Positions 37,388 to 47,024 of a stretch of 64,000 nt of DNA are shown here, in pieces. The stretch comes from Chloroflexia bacterium (GTDB lineage Bacteria > Chloroflexota > Chloroflexia > DTKN01). The notes below the pieces were generated by a model. The model saw only the letters and a program-made list of their open reading frames with translations. It searched no databases and was not told where the DNA came from. The position numbers and the translations under genes were made by a program. The stretch spans positions 1,822 through 65,821 of the forward strand of contig JBMFNL010000004.1 in NCBI GenBank assembly GCA_049970175.1. The letters are read 5' to 3'. Numbering within the stretch: the stretch's first letter is position 1; each line of letters opens with the position of its first letter.

Positions 37388-38647
37388 CTACGGCCAACGG
37401 CTGTACTGGGCCACGTAGGCTTTGACCGCATGATAGGCCGGCCGGGGGTTGCCGGCCGGGTCAATGAGGCCAAAGGCCGACTTCTGATCGTCGGGCGGGT
37501 TGGTGCGGGCAAAGTTCAGGTTCCAGATGAACATGGCCCCCATCCAGGGCTGGTAGGTGGTGCGGCCCATCTCCAGCGCCCGCACCAAATAGTCCGCCTG
37601 GTCCTGGGCCGTGTTATAGGCGGCGTACTCGTAGCCGGGAGCGGCCACTTCGGTGATGCCTTCGATGGAGGCCCAGCCGAACTCGGTGATCCAGATCTGT
37701 TTTTCGCCGTCGCCGTACGTTTCCATCACCTTGCGGATGTTCTCGACATGGCGGAAATAATGGGTCGGGTGGTCCACCCAACCCGGACCGGGGCCGGGGC
37801 GATCGGGCCAGAGCGTATCCGGAGGATTGAGCGTGCCGGCCACATGCACGGCCAGGACGTCGAAATAGTTCCGTACGACACCATCCTGGTACCGGTACAC
37901 CGCCTCCAGGTAGGCGATGTCATCAAGGGCGATGGCGGGGTCGTTCACCCCGGTGGGCGTCAGGGGGCCGAAGAGGACGATGGCCAGCGGATCGGCCTCC
38001 TTGATGCGGGTATAGGCCACCTTCAGGAGTTCCACATAGCGGCCCGGCCCCTGGACGTAGCCGGCGTTTTCCACAGCATAGTTCTGCTCGTTCCAGATCT
38101 CATAGGCCTGGATACGCCCCCGGTAACGGGTGGCCATCGCGTAGAGGAAATCGCCCAGGTCGTTGGGATCGGTCGGCATCCCGGGGCCGCCGTCCTCTGT
38201 AGCCCAGCCCGGGGCGCGGACGATGCTCACCAAGAGTTTCCGTTGGTGTTGCCCCACGGCCTCCACCACGTTGTCCAGTTCATCCCAGATGTAGTAGCCC
38301 TTGGAGCCCTCGATATACTCCCACCAAACCTGCTGGCGCACCCATTCGATGCCCAGGTCGTCCACATAGCCCAGGACCTCGTCATAGTCCTTGTAGAACA
38401 GGTCCACGTCAATGCCGAAGGAAAAATAGGGCGTATGCATCGGGAAGGTGGGGTCCGGCGTTGGGCTGGGGGTCAGCGTGGGGCCGGGCGTTCGGGTGGG
38501 CTTGGGCGTGTTCGTCGGCACCGGCGTCTCCACGGCCACCGAAACCGGGGGGAGGGAAGGCATCGTGGTCGTCGGCCCGCAGGCGGCCAGGAGGGAGGCG
38601 AGCACGGCGAGGGCGATGAGGAAACGGAAGGGCTTAGAGCAGGTCAT
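37388..38647 (-). CDS. Secreted lipoprotein glycoside hydrolase, clan GH-A (GH5-like), paralog 1
   Basis: Lipobox LLAACG. PT-rich linker. YEIWNEQNY (NEP-type acid/base) and IWITEFGW (nucleophile) motifs. Confidence 0.65.
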   Translation of the reverse strand: MTCSKPFRFLIALAVLASLLAACGPTTTMPSLPPVSVAVETPVPTNTPKPTRTPGPTLTPSPTPDPTFPMHTPYFSFGIDVDLFYKDYDEVLGYVDDLGIEWVRQQVWWEYIEGSKGYYIWDELDNVVEAVGQHQRKLLVSIVRAPGWATEDGGPGMPTDPNDLGDFLYAMATRYRGRIQAYEIWNEQNYAVENAGYVQGPGRYVELLKVAYTRIKEADPLAIVLFGPLTPTGVNDPAIALDDIAYLEAVYRYQDGVVRNYFDVLAVHVAGTLNPPDTLWPDRPGPGPGWVDHPTHYFRHVENIRKVMETYGDGEKQIWITEFGWASIEGITEVAAPGYEYAAYNTAQDQADYLVRALEMGRTTYQPWMGAMFIWNLNFARTNPPDDQKSAFGLIDPAGNPRPAYHAVKAYVAQYSRWP

Positions 38648-38685
38648 CGCGGTCTCCTTTCGTGTTGCGTGTTGCGTGTTGCGTG

Positions 38686-39960
38686 TTACGGCCATTGGGT
38701 GTGTTCCCGGATGTCGTCGCGCACGGCTTTGTAGGCCGGCCGGAGGGACCAATCGGCCCGCAGCAGGCTGAAGGGGGCCTTTTCGTCCGTCGGCGGGGTG
38801 ATGGTGGCAAAGTTCAGGTTCCAGATGAACATGGCCCCCAGCCAGGGCTGGTAAATGGTGCGGCCCATCTCCAGCGCCTGAATCAGGTAGACGGACTGCT
38901 CATACTCCGTGTTGTTGAGGGCGTATTCGTAGCCGGGAGCGGGCGTATCGCCGATATTTTCCAGCGAAGCCCAGCCGAACTCGGTGATCCAGATTTGTTT
39001 TTCGCCGTCACCGTATTCCTCCATCACCCGGCGGATGTTTTCCACGTGACGGAAGTAGAAGGTGGGATGGTCCACCCAGCCCGGGCCGGGGCCGGGACGT
39101 TCGGGCCAGAGGGTATCGGGCGGGTTGTGCACACCGGCCACATGGGCGGCCAGGACGTCGAAATACCCTTTGACCTCGCCGCCGTTGTATTCGTACATCT
39201 GACGCAGGTAGGTGATGTCATCAATGGCGATGTTGGGATCGTTCACGCCGGTGGGCGTCAGGGGGCCCAGGAGGACAAAGGCGTAGGGGTCGGCCTCCTT
39301 GATGCGGGTGTAGGCCACCTTCAGGAGTTCCACGTAGCGGCCCGGCCCCTGGACGTAGCCGTCGTTTTCCACAGCATAGTTCTGCTCGTTCCAAATCTCA
39401 TAGGCCTGGATGCGGCCGGCGTAGCGGGTGACCATAGCATGGAGGAAATCGCCCAGGTCATCGGGGTTGGCCGGCATCCCGTAGCCGCCGTCGGCGGTGG
39501 CCCAGGAAGGCGAACGGACGATGCTCACCAGAAGTTTCCGGTAGTAGCGGCCCACCGCGTCCACGACCTTGTCCATCTCATCCCAGACGTACTCGCCTTT
39601 GGCCGGCTCGAGGTCGGCCCAGGAGACCTGCTGGCGCTCCCACTCCACCCCCAGGTCGTTGACGTATTCCATAATGTCGTCCTGGCTGCGCCCGACCACT
39701 TCGGGGTAGAAGAGGTGGGCATTGATGCCGTAGGAAAAGTGGGTGGTGCGCATGGGGAAAAACGGGTCGGGTGTGGGCGAGGGGGTGAGGGTAGGCGGTG
39801 GGGGAGGCGTGGGTTCGGGCGTGGCCGTCGGTTCGACGACGGCCGTCGGCTGGGCCGTGGGCACGATAGGCGGAGGCGTTTGCGGAGCGGCCGGCCCGCA
39901 GGCCCCCAAGAAGAGGGCCAGGACCAGGGTCGGCCAGACGATCCTCTTGTTTCGACGCAT
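38686..39960 (-). CDS. Secreted lipoprotein glycoside hydrolase, clan GH-A (GH5-like), paralog 2
   Basis: Lipobox LFLGACG. Same NEQ and TEFGW motifs. Roughly 60-70% identical to paralog 1 by eye. Confidence 0.65.
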   Translation of the reverse strand: MRRNKRIVWPTLVLALFLGACGPAAPQTPPPIVPTAQPTAVVEPTATPEPTPPPPPTLTPSPTPDPFFPMRTTHFSYGINAHLFYPEVVGRSQDDIMEYVNDLGVEWERQQVSWADLEPAKGEYVWDEMDKVVDAVGRYYRKLLVSIVRSPSWATADGGYGMPANPDDLGDFLHAMVTRYAGRIQAYEIWNEQNYAVENDGYVQGPGRYVELLKVAYTRIKEADPYAFVLLGPLTPTGVNDPNIAIDDITYLRQMYEYNGGEVKGYFDVLAAHVAGVHNPPDTLWPERPGPGPGWVDHPTFYFRHVENIRRVMEEYGDGEKQIWITEFGWASLENIGDTPAPGYEYALNNTEYEQSVYLIQALEMGRTIYQPWLGAMFIWNLNFATITPPTDEKAPFSLLRADWSLRPAYKAVRDDIREHTQWP

Positions 39961-40027
39961 TCGGTTCTCCTTTTTTTGTAAAATCAAGGGCCGGCCGATT
40001 CCGGCTCGGCGGGAGCGGCATAGGCGC

Positions 40028-41758
40028 TCACTTGGGCATTCCGGCCAGGGCGGTATAGGCCGGCCGCAGCGTCCCGTTGGGGCGGATGACCCCAAAGGAG
40101 GACTTTTCATCGGTGGCGGGGAAACAGGTGGCAAAGTTCAGGTTCCAGACGAACATGGCCCCCATCCAGGGCTGATACTCGGTACGTGCCTTTTCAAAGG
40201 CTCGCACCAGGTAATCGGCCTGCTCCTGCTCCGAGTTGTAGTAGCCGTATTCATAGCCCCGGGCGGCACGGGAGGTAACGTTTTCCGTAGAGGCCCAGCC
40301 GAACTCGGTGATCCAGATGGGCTTATCGCCCATCCCATAGGCCACCATGACGGCGCGAATGTTCTCCACATGGCGGAAGTAGTGGGTGGGGTGGTCCACC
40401 CAGCCGGGGCCGGGACCGGGGTTATCCGGCCAAAGGGTGTCGGGAGGATTGAGCGTGCCGGCCACATGCACGCCCAGGACATCGAAATAGTTGCGGATGA
40501 TGCCGCCCTGGTATTCGAGCATCCGCTTCAGGTAGGTGATGTCGTCAATAGCCAGGTAGGGGTTGTTCACGCCGGTGGGGGTGAGGGGGCCGCAGACCAC
40601 GATGGCCCCGGGGTCGGCCTCCTTGATGCGGCGGTAGGCCACCTTCAGGAGTTCGACGTAGCGGTCGGCCCCGGCCACATAGCCGTCGTTCTCCACGGCA
40701 TAGTTCTGTTCGTTCCAGACCTCATAGGCCTGCACCTGTCCCCGATAGCGGGAGGCCATGGCGTAGAGGAAATCGCCCAGATCGTTCGGGTTGGCCGGCA
40801 TCCCGTGTCCGCCCCCCCGAGTGGCCCAGGCCGGGGACCAGACGATGCTGAACATCACCTGAATCCCCTTCTGGCCGGCCTTTTGGGCGATCACATCGAG
40901 AAAGCCCCAGTTGTAGGCGCCCTTGACCGGCTCGATGTCGGCCCAGTGGACCTGCTGGCGAATCCAGCCGAAGCCGGCCCCCCGAACCAGGTCCAGGACG
41001 CCGTCGATGTTGCTCCCGGTCAGGTGCACGTCAAAGCCGTAGCGTAGGTTGCCGGAGGTCGCCGGGGGCGGCGTGGGCGTCGGTGTGGGCGTGGGCATGG
41101 ACAGAGGAGCGCCGCTTCCCTGCAATCGGTGCAGGTACTCGTAGCCGAGCAACCCCAACAGCACCTCGTAGGGCGTGCCGGCCAGTTCGGGGTGGTACTC
41201 GAAGCGGTTGCGCTCAAAGTACTGCACCAGGTAAGTCTGGCCGTCGGTGGGGCTGACCTCATAGAACGGTTCGGAGATGGGATAGCCGAAGACCGGGAGG
41301 CCTCCATAGCGCCTCCAGTAGTCCAGGAAGACGCCGCTCAGGGAATGCCCGCCATAATAGGGGAAGTAGAGCCGGCCCGGCGTATCGGAATGGGGCTCGG
41401 GCGCCGGATCGAAGGTGCGCCCCTGGGTGACGATGAGGCCGAGCAGGCGCAGGAGGACCTCGTAGCGCGTGCCGGCATATTCGGGATGGTACTCGAAGAT
41501 GGCCCGCTCAAAGTACTGGGTCAGGTAGGTATTTCCATCGGTGCTGAGGTCCAGGAACTCGTCGGTGATGGGGTAGCCGAAGATGTAGAGGCCGCCGTTG
41601 TTCTCCCAGTAATCCAGGAAGGCTCCGGAGACGGTATGCCCGGTTTCGGCGAAATAGCGGGAGCGCGTCGTTCCAGGCGCGGCCCCGGCCGGCCATGCGG
41701 CCAGAGGCAGGAGCACCCCCAGGACCAGAAGGAAACCCATCCATCGCCGAACGATCAT
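40028..41758 (-). CDS. Secreted glycoside hydrolase, clan GH-A paralog 3, with two N-terminal ~75-aa LGFP-like repeats
   Basis: Signal peptide. Tandem repeats ...GG(L/Y)xxFGYPI(T/S)(D/E)xF...TYL(T/V)QYFER..FEYHPE...YEVLL.LLG resemble LGFP cell-wall-binding repeats. C-terminal half has the same GH-A motifs VWNEQNY and IWITEFGW. Confidence 0.6.
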   Translation of the reverse strand: MIVRRWMGFLLVLGVLLPLAAWPAGAAPGTTRSRYFAETGHTVSGAFLDYWENNGGLYIFGYPITDEFLDLSTDGNTYLTQYFERAIFEYHPEYAGTRYEVLLRLLGLIVTQGRTFDPAPEPHSDTPGRLYFPYYGGHSLSGVFLDYWRRYGGLPVFGYPISEPFYEVSPTDGQTYLVQYFERNRFEYHPELAGTPYEVLLGLLGYEYLHRLQGSGAPLSMPTPTPTPTPPPATSGNLRYGFDVHLTGSNIDGVLDLVRGAGFGWIRQQVHWADIEPVKGAYNWGFLDVIAQKAGQKGIQVMFSIVWSPAWATRGGGHGMPANPNDLGDFLYAMASRYRGQVQAYEVWNEQNYAVENDGYVAGADRYVELLKVAYRRIKEADPGAIVVCGPLTPTGVNNPYLAIDDITYLKRMLEYQGGIIRNYFDVLGVHVAGTLNPPDTLWPDNPGPGPGWVDHPTHYFRHVENIRAVMVAYGMGDKPIWITEFGWASTENVTSRAARGYEYGYYNSEQEQADYLVRAFEKARTEYQPWMGAMFVWNLNFATCFPATDEKSSFGVIRPNGTLRPAYTALAGMPK

Positions 41759-41825
41759 CCAGTCCACCTCCTTCTTTGCCGGTATGTCGCGGGGTATTAT
41801 ACCATCACCCTCCGACCCAGGCAAA

Positions 41826-41854
41826 TTGACGTCGGCCTTCCTCGGCCCTATAAT
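41826..41854 (+). promoter_or_regulatory. Consensus-like promoter TTGACG-17-TATAAT
   Basis: Read directly. Followed by GGAGGG RBS and GTG at 41887. Confidence 0.5.
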
Positions 41855-41886
41855 GGGATACACAGGTTCGGATCGGAGGGCTCGCG

Positions 41887-42453
41887 GTGGATAGACGGAG
41901 CCGGCGGCAGGCCGCCTGGATCGAGATACCGCTCGGCGAGGTCCGGCTGGTCGCTCCGGCGCACCTAGCCGACTGGCCGCGGCGGGCCGAGGTGGTGCCC
42001 GGCTTTGCCGAGCGGGTGGCCCGGGCCCGGTCCACCGGCCGCTGGCCGGGAGCGCCCCTTCGAGTACGCCGCCAGGGCGAAGGCTACGTGCTGGTGAGCG
42101 GCTTTTCCCGTCTGGCCGTGGCTTTCGAGGCCGGCCTGCCGGTGGTGCGCGCCGTGGTGGAGCCGGCCGCCCGGGCGATCCCGCTCGCCGCGATCCGGCT
42201 GCGCCCCTGGCAGGAACGGGCCCGCCTGAATGCCGAGAAACTGGACCGGCGGCTGAAGATGGCCCGGGCGACGGCCGGAGGGATGCCGGGCCATCTGAGC
42301 CTGCCCGTTCCGCTGGTGGTGCGGCCGGCCCGCACGGGAGAGCCGGCCGGCTACATCCTCCTGGATGGGCTGTATTGGTATCACGTCGCCCTGGCCCTGG
42401 CCCGGGAGAGACGATTGGATAACCCCTCCGTGCCCGCTATCGTGCGAGGTTGA
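41887..42453 (+). CDS. Protein with two degenerate ParB/Srx-like N-terminal-domain repeats
   Basis: PLRVRRQGEGYVLVSGFSRLAVAFEAGLPVVRAVV and PLVVRPARTGEPAGYILLDGLYWYHVALA...VPAIV both fit the ParB-box pattern (P.xV...g.YxLxxGxxRxxAa...vPaxV) but lack the GERR arginines. Confidence 0.5.
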   Translation: MDRRSRRQAAWIEIPLGEVRLVAPAHLADWPRRAEVVPGFAERVARARSTGRWPGAPLRVRRQGEGYVLVSGFSRLAVAFEAGLPVVRAVVEPAARAIPLAAIRLRPWQERARLNAEKLDRRLKMARATAGGMPGHLSLPVPLVVRPARTGEPAGYILLDGLYWYHVALALARERRLDNPSVPAIVRG

Positions 42454-43654
42454 GATGCCGTTCGATATCGCCCACCTGATGCCGGCCATCGAGGACCTGG
42501 CCTCCTACTACGCTTCGGAGGTTGTCCCCGACCTGCACAACTGCTCTGAAGCCGCCCGAGCCTTGCTTCAGGAGACGTCCAGGGAAACGCTGGAGGAGGT
42601 TTCTTGCAAGCCGGCCCTGCGGGTCCTGGCCATGCCCCTGGAGGACCCCGGCCGGGCCCTGGCCGCCCCGCCGCCTCCGGAAGGATACCGCGTCCTGGCC
42701 AGCGACGGCTCGTCGGTGGACGTGGACCCGCACTTCCCGGCGCGCTACGTCCTCCTGCACACGGCCCTGGCCGGCCTGGCCTATGGCCCGCCGGCCTACT
42801 GGACCGAGCACGTCCCGCGCCTCTTCTTCCGCCGGGAGGAACTGGAACTCGCTTACCCGGGAAGCGAGGAGCCGGTGGAGGTGGAAGGCCCGGTGGTGGT
42901 CACGCTGCGGGCCTATGAGGAGTTACGGGCGCTGGGCGAAGGGGTGGGCCGGCTTCTCCAAAGCCCGGACGATCGCCCGCTTCTGGCGATGATGGACGCC
43001 GTGATCCTCTGGACCCACCACGGAAGCGGTCCGGGCCACGAGGCCTTGCGGGAAGATTACCTGCGCCGCAGCGTGGAGCAGGTGGACCGGTTTCGGAAGT
43101 GGGGCGTTCCCCTGGTCAGTTTCACCAGCATGCCCCGCCACCGAGAAGTGGTCAACACCCTCCTGGCCCTGGGCTGCCCGCAGGAACGCAAGTTGGCCTG
43201 CAGCGACTGTCGGGAGCCGCGCCGGGAGTGCCTGTTCCTGCAGGGGTTGCAGGATCGCCACCTCTTTTCCTTTCTGAAGGAGGGAGAGCGTTCGGCCCTT
43301 TTCCGGCCCGTTTACCGGGGAGATACGGCCTGGCGATTGCCCCCCGGGGTACAGCCGTTCGATCCGGAACTCGTCTTTTTCTACCTCAACACCGGCCCGG
43401 AGGTCGCCCGGGTGGAGATGCCGCTTTGGATCTTCCGGGACAACCTCCTGCCGACCGTGCACGCCGTCCTCCTGGACCAGTGCCGGCCGCGGCGGGCCGA
43501 TACGGTGGGCTATCCCCTGGCCCTGACCTTGGCCCACCGGGAGGCCGTCCTGACGGCCCAGGACCGCCGGTTCATCCAGTGGCTGGTGGAGGAGGCCCTG
43601 GCCCGCCGGGGGCTGTATCTTCCCCCCTCGGCCAAGGCGGAGATGAAGGAGTAG
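42452..43654 (+). CDS. NurA-like (RNase H-fold) nuclease candidate
   Basis: VLASDGSSVDVD (NurA motif I-like xDGS). Downstream acidic residues MMDAVILW. ~400 aa. Start overlaps the upstream stop (TGAGATG). Confidence 0.45.
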   Translation, partial: EMPFDIAHLMPAIEDLASYYASEVVPDLHNCSEAARALLQETSRETLEEVSCKPALRVLAMPLEDPGRALAAPPPPEGYRVLASDGSSVDVDPHFPARYVLLHTALAGLAYGPPAYWTEHVPRLFFRREELELAYPGSEEPVEVEGPVVVTLRAYEELRALGEGVGRLLQSPDDRPLLAMMDAVILWTHHGSGPGHEALREDYLRRSVEQVDRFRKWGVPLVSFTSMPRHREVVNTLLALGCPQERKLACSDCREPRRECLFLQGLQDRHLFSFLKEGERSALFRPVYRGDTAWRLPPGVQPFDPELVFFYLNTGPEVARVEMPLWIFRDNLLPTVHAVLLDQCRPRRADTVGYPLALTLAHREAVLTAQDRRFIQWLVEEALARRGLYLPPSAKAEMKE

Positions 43655-43675
43655 GGACGTTCGCGGATATCCCGC

Positions 43676-45301
43676 TCACCGGCCCCCGCCGGCGCAGGCA
43701 CAGGCACAGCCGGCGCAAGCACAGGCACAGGCGCAGGCACAGCCCCCTCCGCTCCGGGAACTGCCGGAGTAGGAGGGGCGCGGGGGCGGGTTGGTCGCCT
43801 GGGTGACCCCGCCGGTGAAGCCGGTGACGCTGCGAACGATTCGGCCGGCCGTGTCGGAGACGCCGCGCACGACCTTGGCCGCAAAGTCGGCCCCCGGGAG
43901 GGTCACCGGCCCGGCGGTCGGGGCCCCGCCGGCCGGGAGGGCCCAGGGGCGGTAATGCCCCCACCAGGTCGGCACATACACCGGCCCCTCGCGGAAGGTG
44001 CGCTCGGTGCGGCGCTCGAAATCGTCGTCCAGCAGGGTCCACTCCAGCCCTTCGTCGAACAGGCGGCTGCGCACCTCGGGCGTCTGCGCCCCCTCCACCT
44101 GCTCCCAGGCCCGCCGGATGATGTCGCGGTAGTAGGCCGCCGTCTCCTTCCGGCTGAAGCCCTTCATCTTGTTGTTGACCTCTTTGACCAGGGCGATCAT
44201 CATCTCCTGGAGTTTCTTCTCCTGCAGTGCGCCTTGGTCATCAACGGCCGCCAAAAAGTCCTGCTCATACGGATACAGTCCTTCCGGCCGGGGCTCGTTC
44301 TTCTGCAGGCGCAGCGGATCGCCCTGGAGCACGGTCAGCGCTCCCTTCTTGAGCAGGCCGAAGAGAATCATCGTCAGCACCTTGTTGAGCGGCGTCTCCA
44401 GGACGATGGCCGCCTCCACCGCCGTCAGGCCGCGTTTGATGCCCACCCCCTCCACCTTCATCTCGGGGGGCAAGTAGGCCAGCCGCCTCCGCGCCTGCGC
44501 CCGATGGCCGACCACGATCAGGGCCACGACCAGCGCGCCGATGATGACGACCGGGTTCAAAAGGAAACGGCCCACCGCCTCCAACGCCTTGAGCACGGGC
44601 GAGGGAGCCTTTTGAACGGCCGACGCATCCACGTAGGACCGCGGGAAGGAGGCGCCAAAGATGTACTGCCGGTCCGGCCGGGCATCCGGATTCGTCCAGC
44701 GATAGACGATACGGCCCTCCTCGATGTAGGCCTCCGGCTGCTCCTGGGGCCAGCCGGAGGGACTGGCGTGCCAGCGCGGCTCCTCCGGTTGCACGCCGGG
44801 AGGCAGGTGAAAGCGCACGGTCAACTCGGTGGAGCCGTGGACCAGGCTGCCGTCGAACCAGGTGGGGGAGAATTCGATGCTGGCGTAGTTGGGGTCCCGG
44901 CCGTCCTCGTAGAGCATCTTCCCCACGCCCTCTATCCACACCCGGACGGTTCCGCTTCGGCCGGGGCGGATGGCCTGGCCTCCCAGGTAGACGGCCACGC
45001 CCGGCTGGACGTAGGGCGAGGGCTCGATCCAGGAGAGGGCCTCTCCATTCGCCTCGGCCTGGACGTTGTCCAGGCGGATTTCGTTGGGCAACCCCACGTC
45101 CACGACGTCAATAGGGTCGGCTCCGAGGTCGCAGGTGAAGGTGAAGGCATAGGCCAGACGGACCGTGCCGTCCCGGTTGATCCAGACATCCACCTCCTCG
45201 CGGTCCAGGGTGAAGGAATAGGTCTGGGCCCGGACGGTGCCGGCCGGAGCCAGCAGAACGATCAAAGCCACCAGCAAGAGGACGGTCCGCCACCTGCACA
45301 T
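43676..45301 (-). CDS. DUF2207-family membrane protein (secreted N-domain, central TM, cytoplasmic domain, low-complexity C-terminal tail)
   Basis: Signal peptide. Central helix NPVVIIGALVVALIVVG. Architecture typical of DUF2207. Tail SGGGCACACACACAGCACACAGGGR. Confidence 0.6.
   Translation of the reverse strand: MCRWRTVLLLVALIVLLAPAGTVRAQTYSFTLDREEVDVWINRDGTVRLAYAFTFTCDLGADPIDVVDVGLPNEIRLDNVQAEANGEALSWIEPSPYVQPGVAVYLGGQAIRPGRSGTVRVWIEGVGKMLYEDGRDPNYASIEFSPTWFDGSLVHGSTELTVRFHLPPGVQPEEPRWHASPSGWPQEQPEAYIEEGRIVYRWTNPDARPDRQYIFGASFPRSYVDASAVQKAPSPVLKALEAVGRFLLNPVVIIGALVVALIVVGHRAQARRRLAYLPPEMKVEGVGIKRGLTAVEAAIVLETPLNKVLTMILFGLLKKGALTVLQGDPLRLQKNEPRPEGLYPYEQDFLAAVDDQGALQEKKLQEMMIALVKEVNNKMKGFSRKETAAYYRDIIRRAWEQVEGAQTPEVRSRLFDEGLEWTLLDDDFERRTERTFREGPVYVPTWWGHYRPWALPAGGAPTAGPVTLPGADFAAKVVRGVSDTAGRIVRSVTGFTGGVTQATNPPPRPSYSGSSRSGGGCACACACACAGCACACAGGGR
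43693..43745. repeat. Imperfect hexanucleotide microsatellite (GCACAG/GCGCAG)~9 inside the CDS, encoding a (Cys-Ala)n tail
   Basis: Read directly: gcaggcacaggcacagccggcgcaagcacaggcacaggcgcaggcacagcc. Confidence 0.7.
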
Positions 45302-45332
45302 CGCGTTCCTCCCGAAGACAGGTGAACCCGGC

Positions 45333-45698
45333 TCACCACTTGGGCTCTTCGACCACCTGGTAGGTGGAGCCGCAATAGGGGCAAGAGACCAGGATGGCCC
45401 CTTCCTTCACCGTGATGCTCTCCTTATCCAGATCGGCCCCGCAGTTTTTGCACTTGAGTTTTTCCATGCTCACCTGGCCGCTGAGGTCGATCTTCTGGAC
45501 GATCTCCTGGGGGCCCTGCGGCACCCGGATGCGGGCCAGAACCACGATGAGCACCAGGCCGATGAGTACGGCCACGCCTCCATAGACCTTCCAGGTGGGG
45601 TCGCCGTACTCCGGGCTGAAGCCGGCCAGGAAGAGAAAGGCCCCGGCAAAGATAAGGATGCCGGCGACAATGTAACCCAACGTCTTGCCTGCAGTCAT
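45333..45698 (-). CDS. Small membrane protein with C-terminal zinc ribbon
   Basis: Start MTAGKTLGYIVAGILIFAGAFLFLAG. Two TM helices. CKNCGAD...CPYCGS. Confidence 0.5.
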   Translation of the reverse strand: MTAGKTLGYIVAGILIFAGAFLFLAGFSPEYGDPTWKVYGGVAVLIGLVLIVVLARIRVPQGPQEIVQKIDLSGQVSMEKLKCKNCGADLDKESITVKEGAILVSCPYCGSTYQVVEEPKW

Positions 45699-45915
45699 GT
45701 CCTGTTCTCCTTCTGCTCCACCACGCCTTTCCAGGCAAAGCAAGTGCAGTATAGCATCCCTGGTGGGGAGTGTCAAACGGATTTGACAGGCCGGCGAATG
45801 GTAAAATATGCATCTCGTTGCATATAAAGAGTGTTGAAACAACGGAGGTGGATCGGTGTTCGAACGAACGGGAAAGATGACGGGCCGGGCCCGGACGATG
45901 GAACGGGCCGGCGTG

Positions 45916-46971
45916 ATGCGGCGGCTTTCGCTCCTGGACCGCTTGCTGACGCTATGGATCTTCCTGGCGATGGCCGTCGGCGTGGGAATCGGCTATCTCT
46001 TCCCCGAAGCCGTACAGGCGTTCAACCAGGCCGTCTCGGTGGAGACGACCAACATCCCCATCGCCATCGGCTTGATCCTCATGATGTACCCGCCACTGGC
46101 CAAGGTGCACTATGAGGAACTGGGGGATGTCTTCCGCAACTGGAAGGTGCTGGCCTTTTCCCTGCTCCAGAACTGGATCATCGGACCGCTCCTGATGTTC
46201 GGCCTGGCGGTCCTCTTCCTGCACGGCTACCCTGAGTATATGGCCGGCCTGATCATGATCGGCCTGGCCCGCTGCATTGCTATGGTGATCGTCTGGAACG
46301 AACTGGCCCGAGGCGATACCGAGTATGCTGCCGGCTTGGTCGCCTTCAACAGCCTCTTCCAGGTCTTTTTCTACAGCCTCTACGCCTACATCTTCATTAC
46401 CGTGCTGCCCTCCTGGTTCGGCCTGCCGGGGACGGCGGTCCATGTGACCATCGGTGAGATCGCCCAGAGCGTCTTCATCTACCTGGGCATCCCCTTCATC
46501 GCCGGTTTCCTCACCCGGGTGGCCCTCATCCGGTTGCGGGGCAAGGAATGGTATGAGACCCGCTTCATTCCCCGCATCAGCCCGTTGACGCTGGCCGCGC
46601 TCCTCTTCACCATCGTGGTCATGTTCAGCCTGAAGGGGAACCTGATCGTGTCGCTACCGCTGGATGTGGTCCGCGTCGCCGTTCCTTTGGTCCTGTACTT
46701 TGTCCTGATGTTCCTGATCAGTTTCTGGATGGGGCATCGGATCGGTGCCTCCCACCCCCAGACGACCACGCTGGCCTTTACCGCCGCCAGCAACAACTTT
46801 GAACTGGCCATCGCGGTGGCGGTGGCGGTCTTTGGCATCGAATCGGGCCAGGCCTTTGCCGCGGTCATCGGTCCCCTGATCGAGGTGCCGGTGATGATCG
46901 GGCTGGTCAATGTGGCCTTTGCTCTGGGGCGGAGGTTGTTCGGTGCCCGGTCGGAGGTGACCACGACGTAG
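45916..46971 (+). CDS. ACR3-family arsenite efflux transporter
   Basis: [20 protein letters not shown]...[10 protein letters not shown], typical ACR3 N-terminus, with 10 TM segments. Confidence 0.75.
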   Translation: MRRLSLLDRLLTLWIFLAMAVGVGIGYLFPEAVQAFNQAVSVETTNIPIAIGLILMMYPPLAKVHYEELGDVFRNWKVLAFSLLQNWIIGPLLMFGLAVLFLHGYPEYMAGLIMIGLARCIAMVIVWNELARGDTEYAAGLVAFNSLFQVFFYSLYAYIFITVLPSWFGLPGTAVHVTIGEIAQSVFIYLGIPFIAGFLTRVALIRLRGKEWYETRFIPRISPLTLAALLFTIVVMFSLKGNLIVSLPLDVVRVAVPLVLYFVLMFLISFWMGHRIGASHPQTTTLAFTAASNNFELAIAVAVAVFGIESGQAFAAVIGPLIEVPVMIGLVNVAFALGRRLFGARSEVTTT

Positions 46972-47024
46972 CAAACAGGGGGTAGCCACGTCAACGGTGG
47001 CTGTCCCCTGTTCTCCTGGGAGAG

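Noticed and set aside
45699-45915. Candidate promoter TTGACA...TAAAAT in the arsenic-locus divergent spacer
   Set aside because: The hexamer spacing is 13 nt (too short). The alternative -10 choices are weak. It is left as unresolved rather than annotated.
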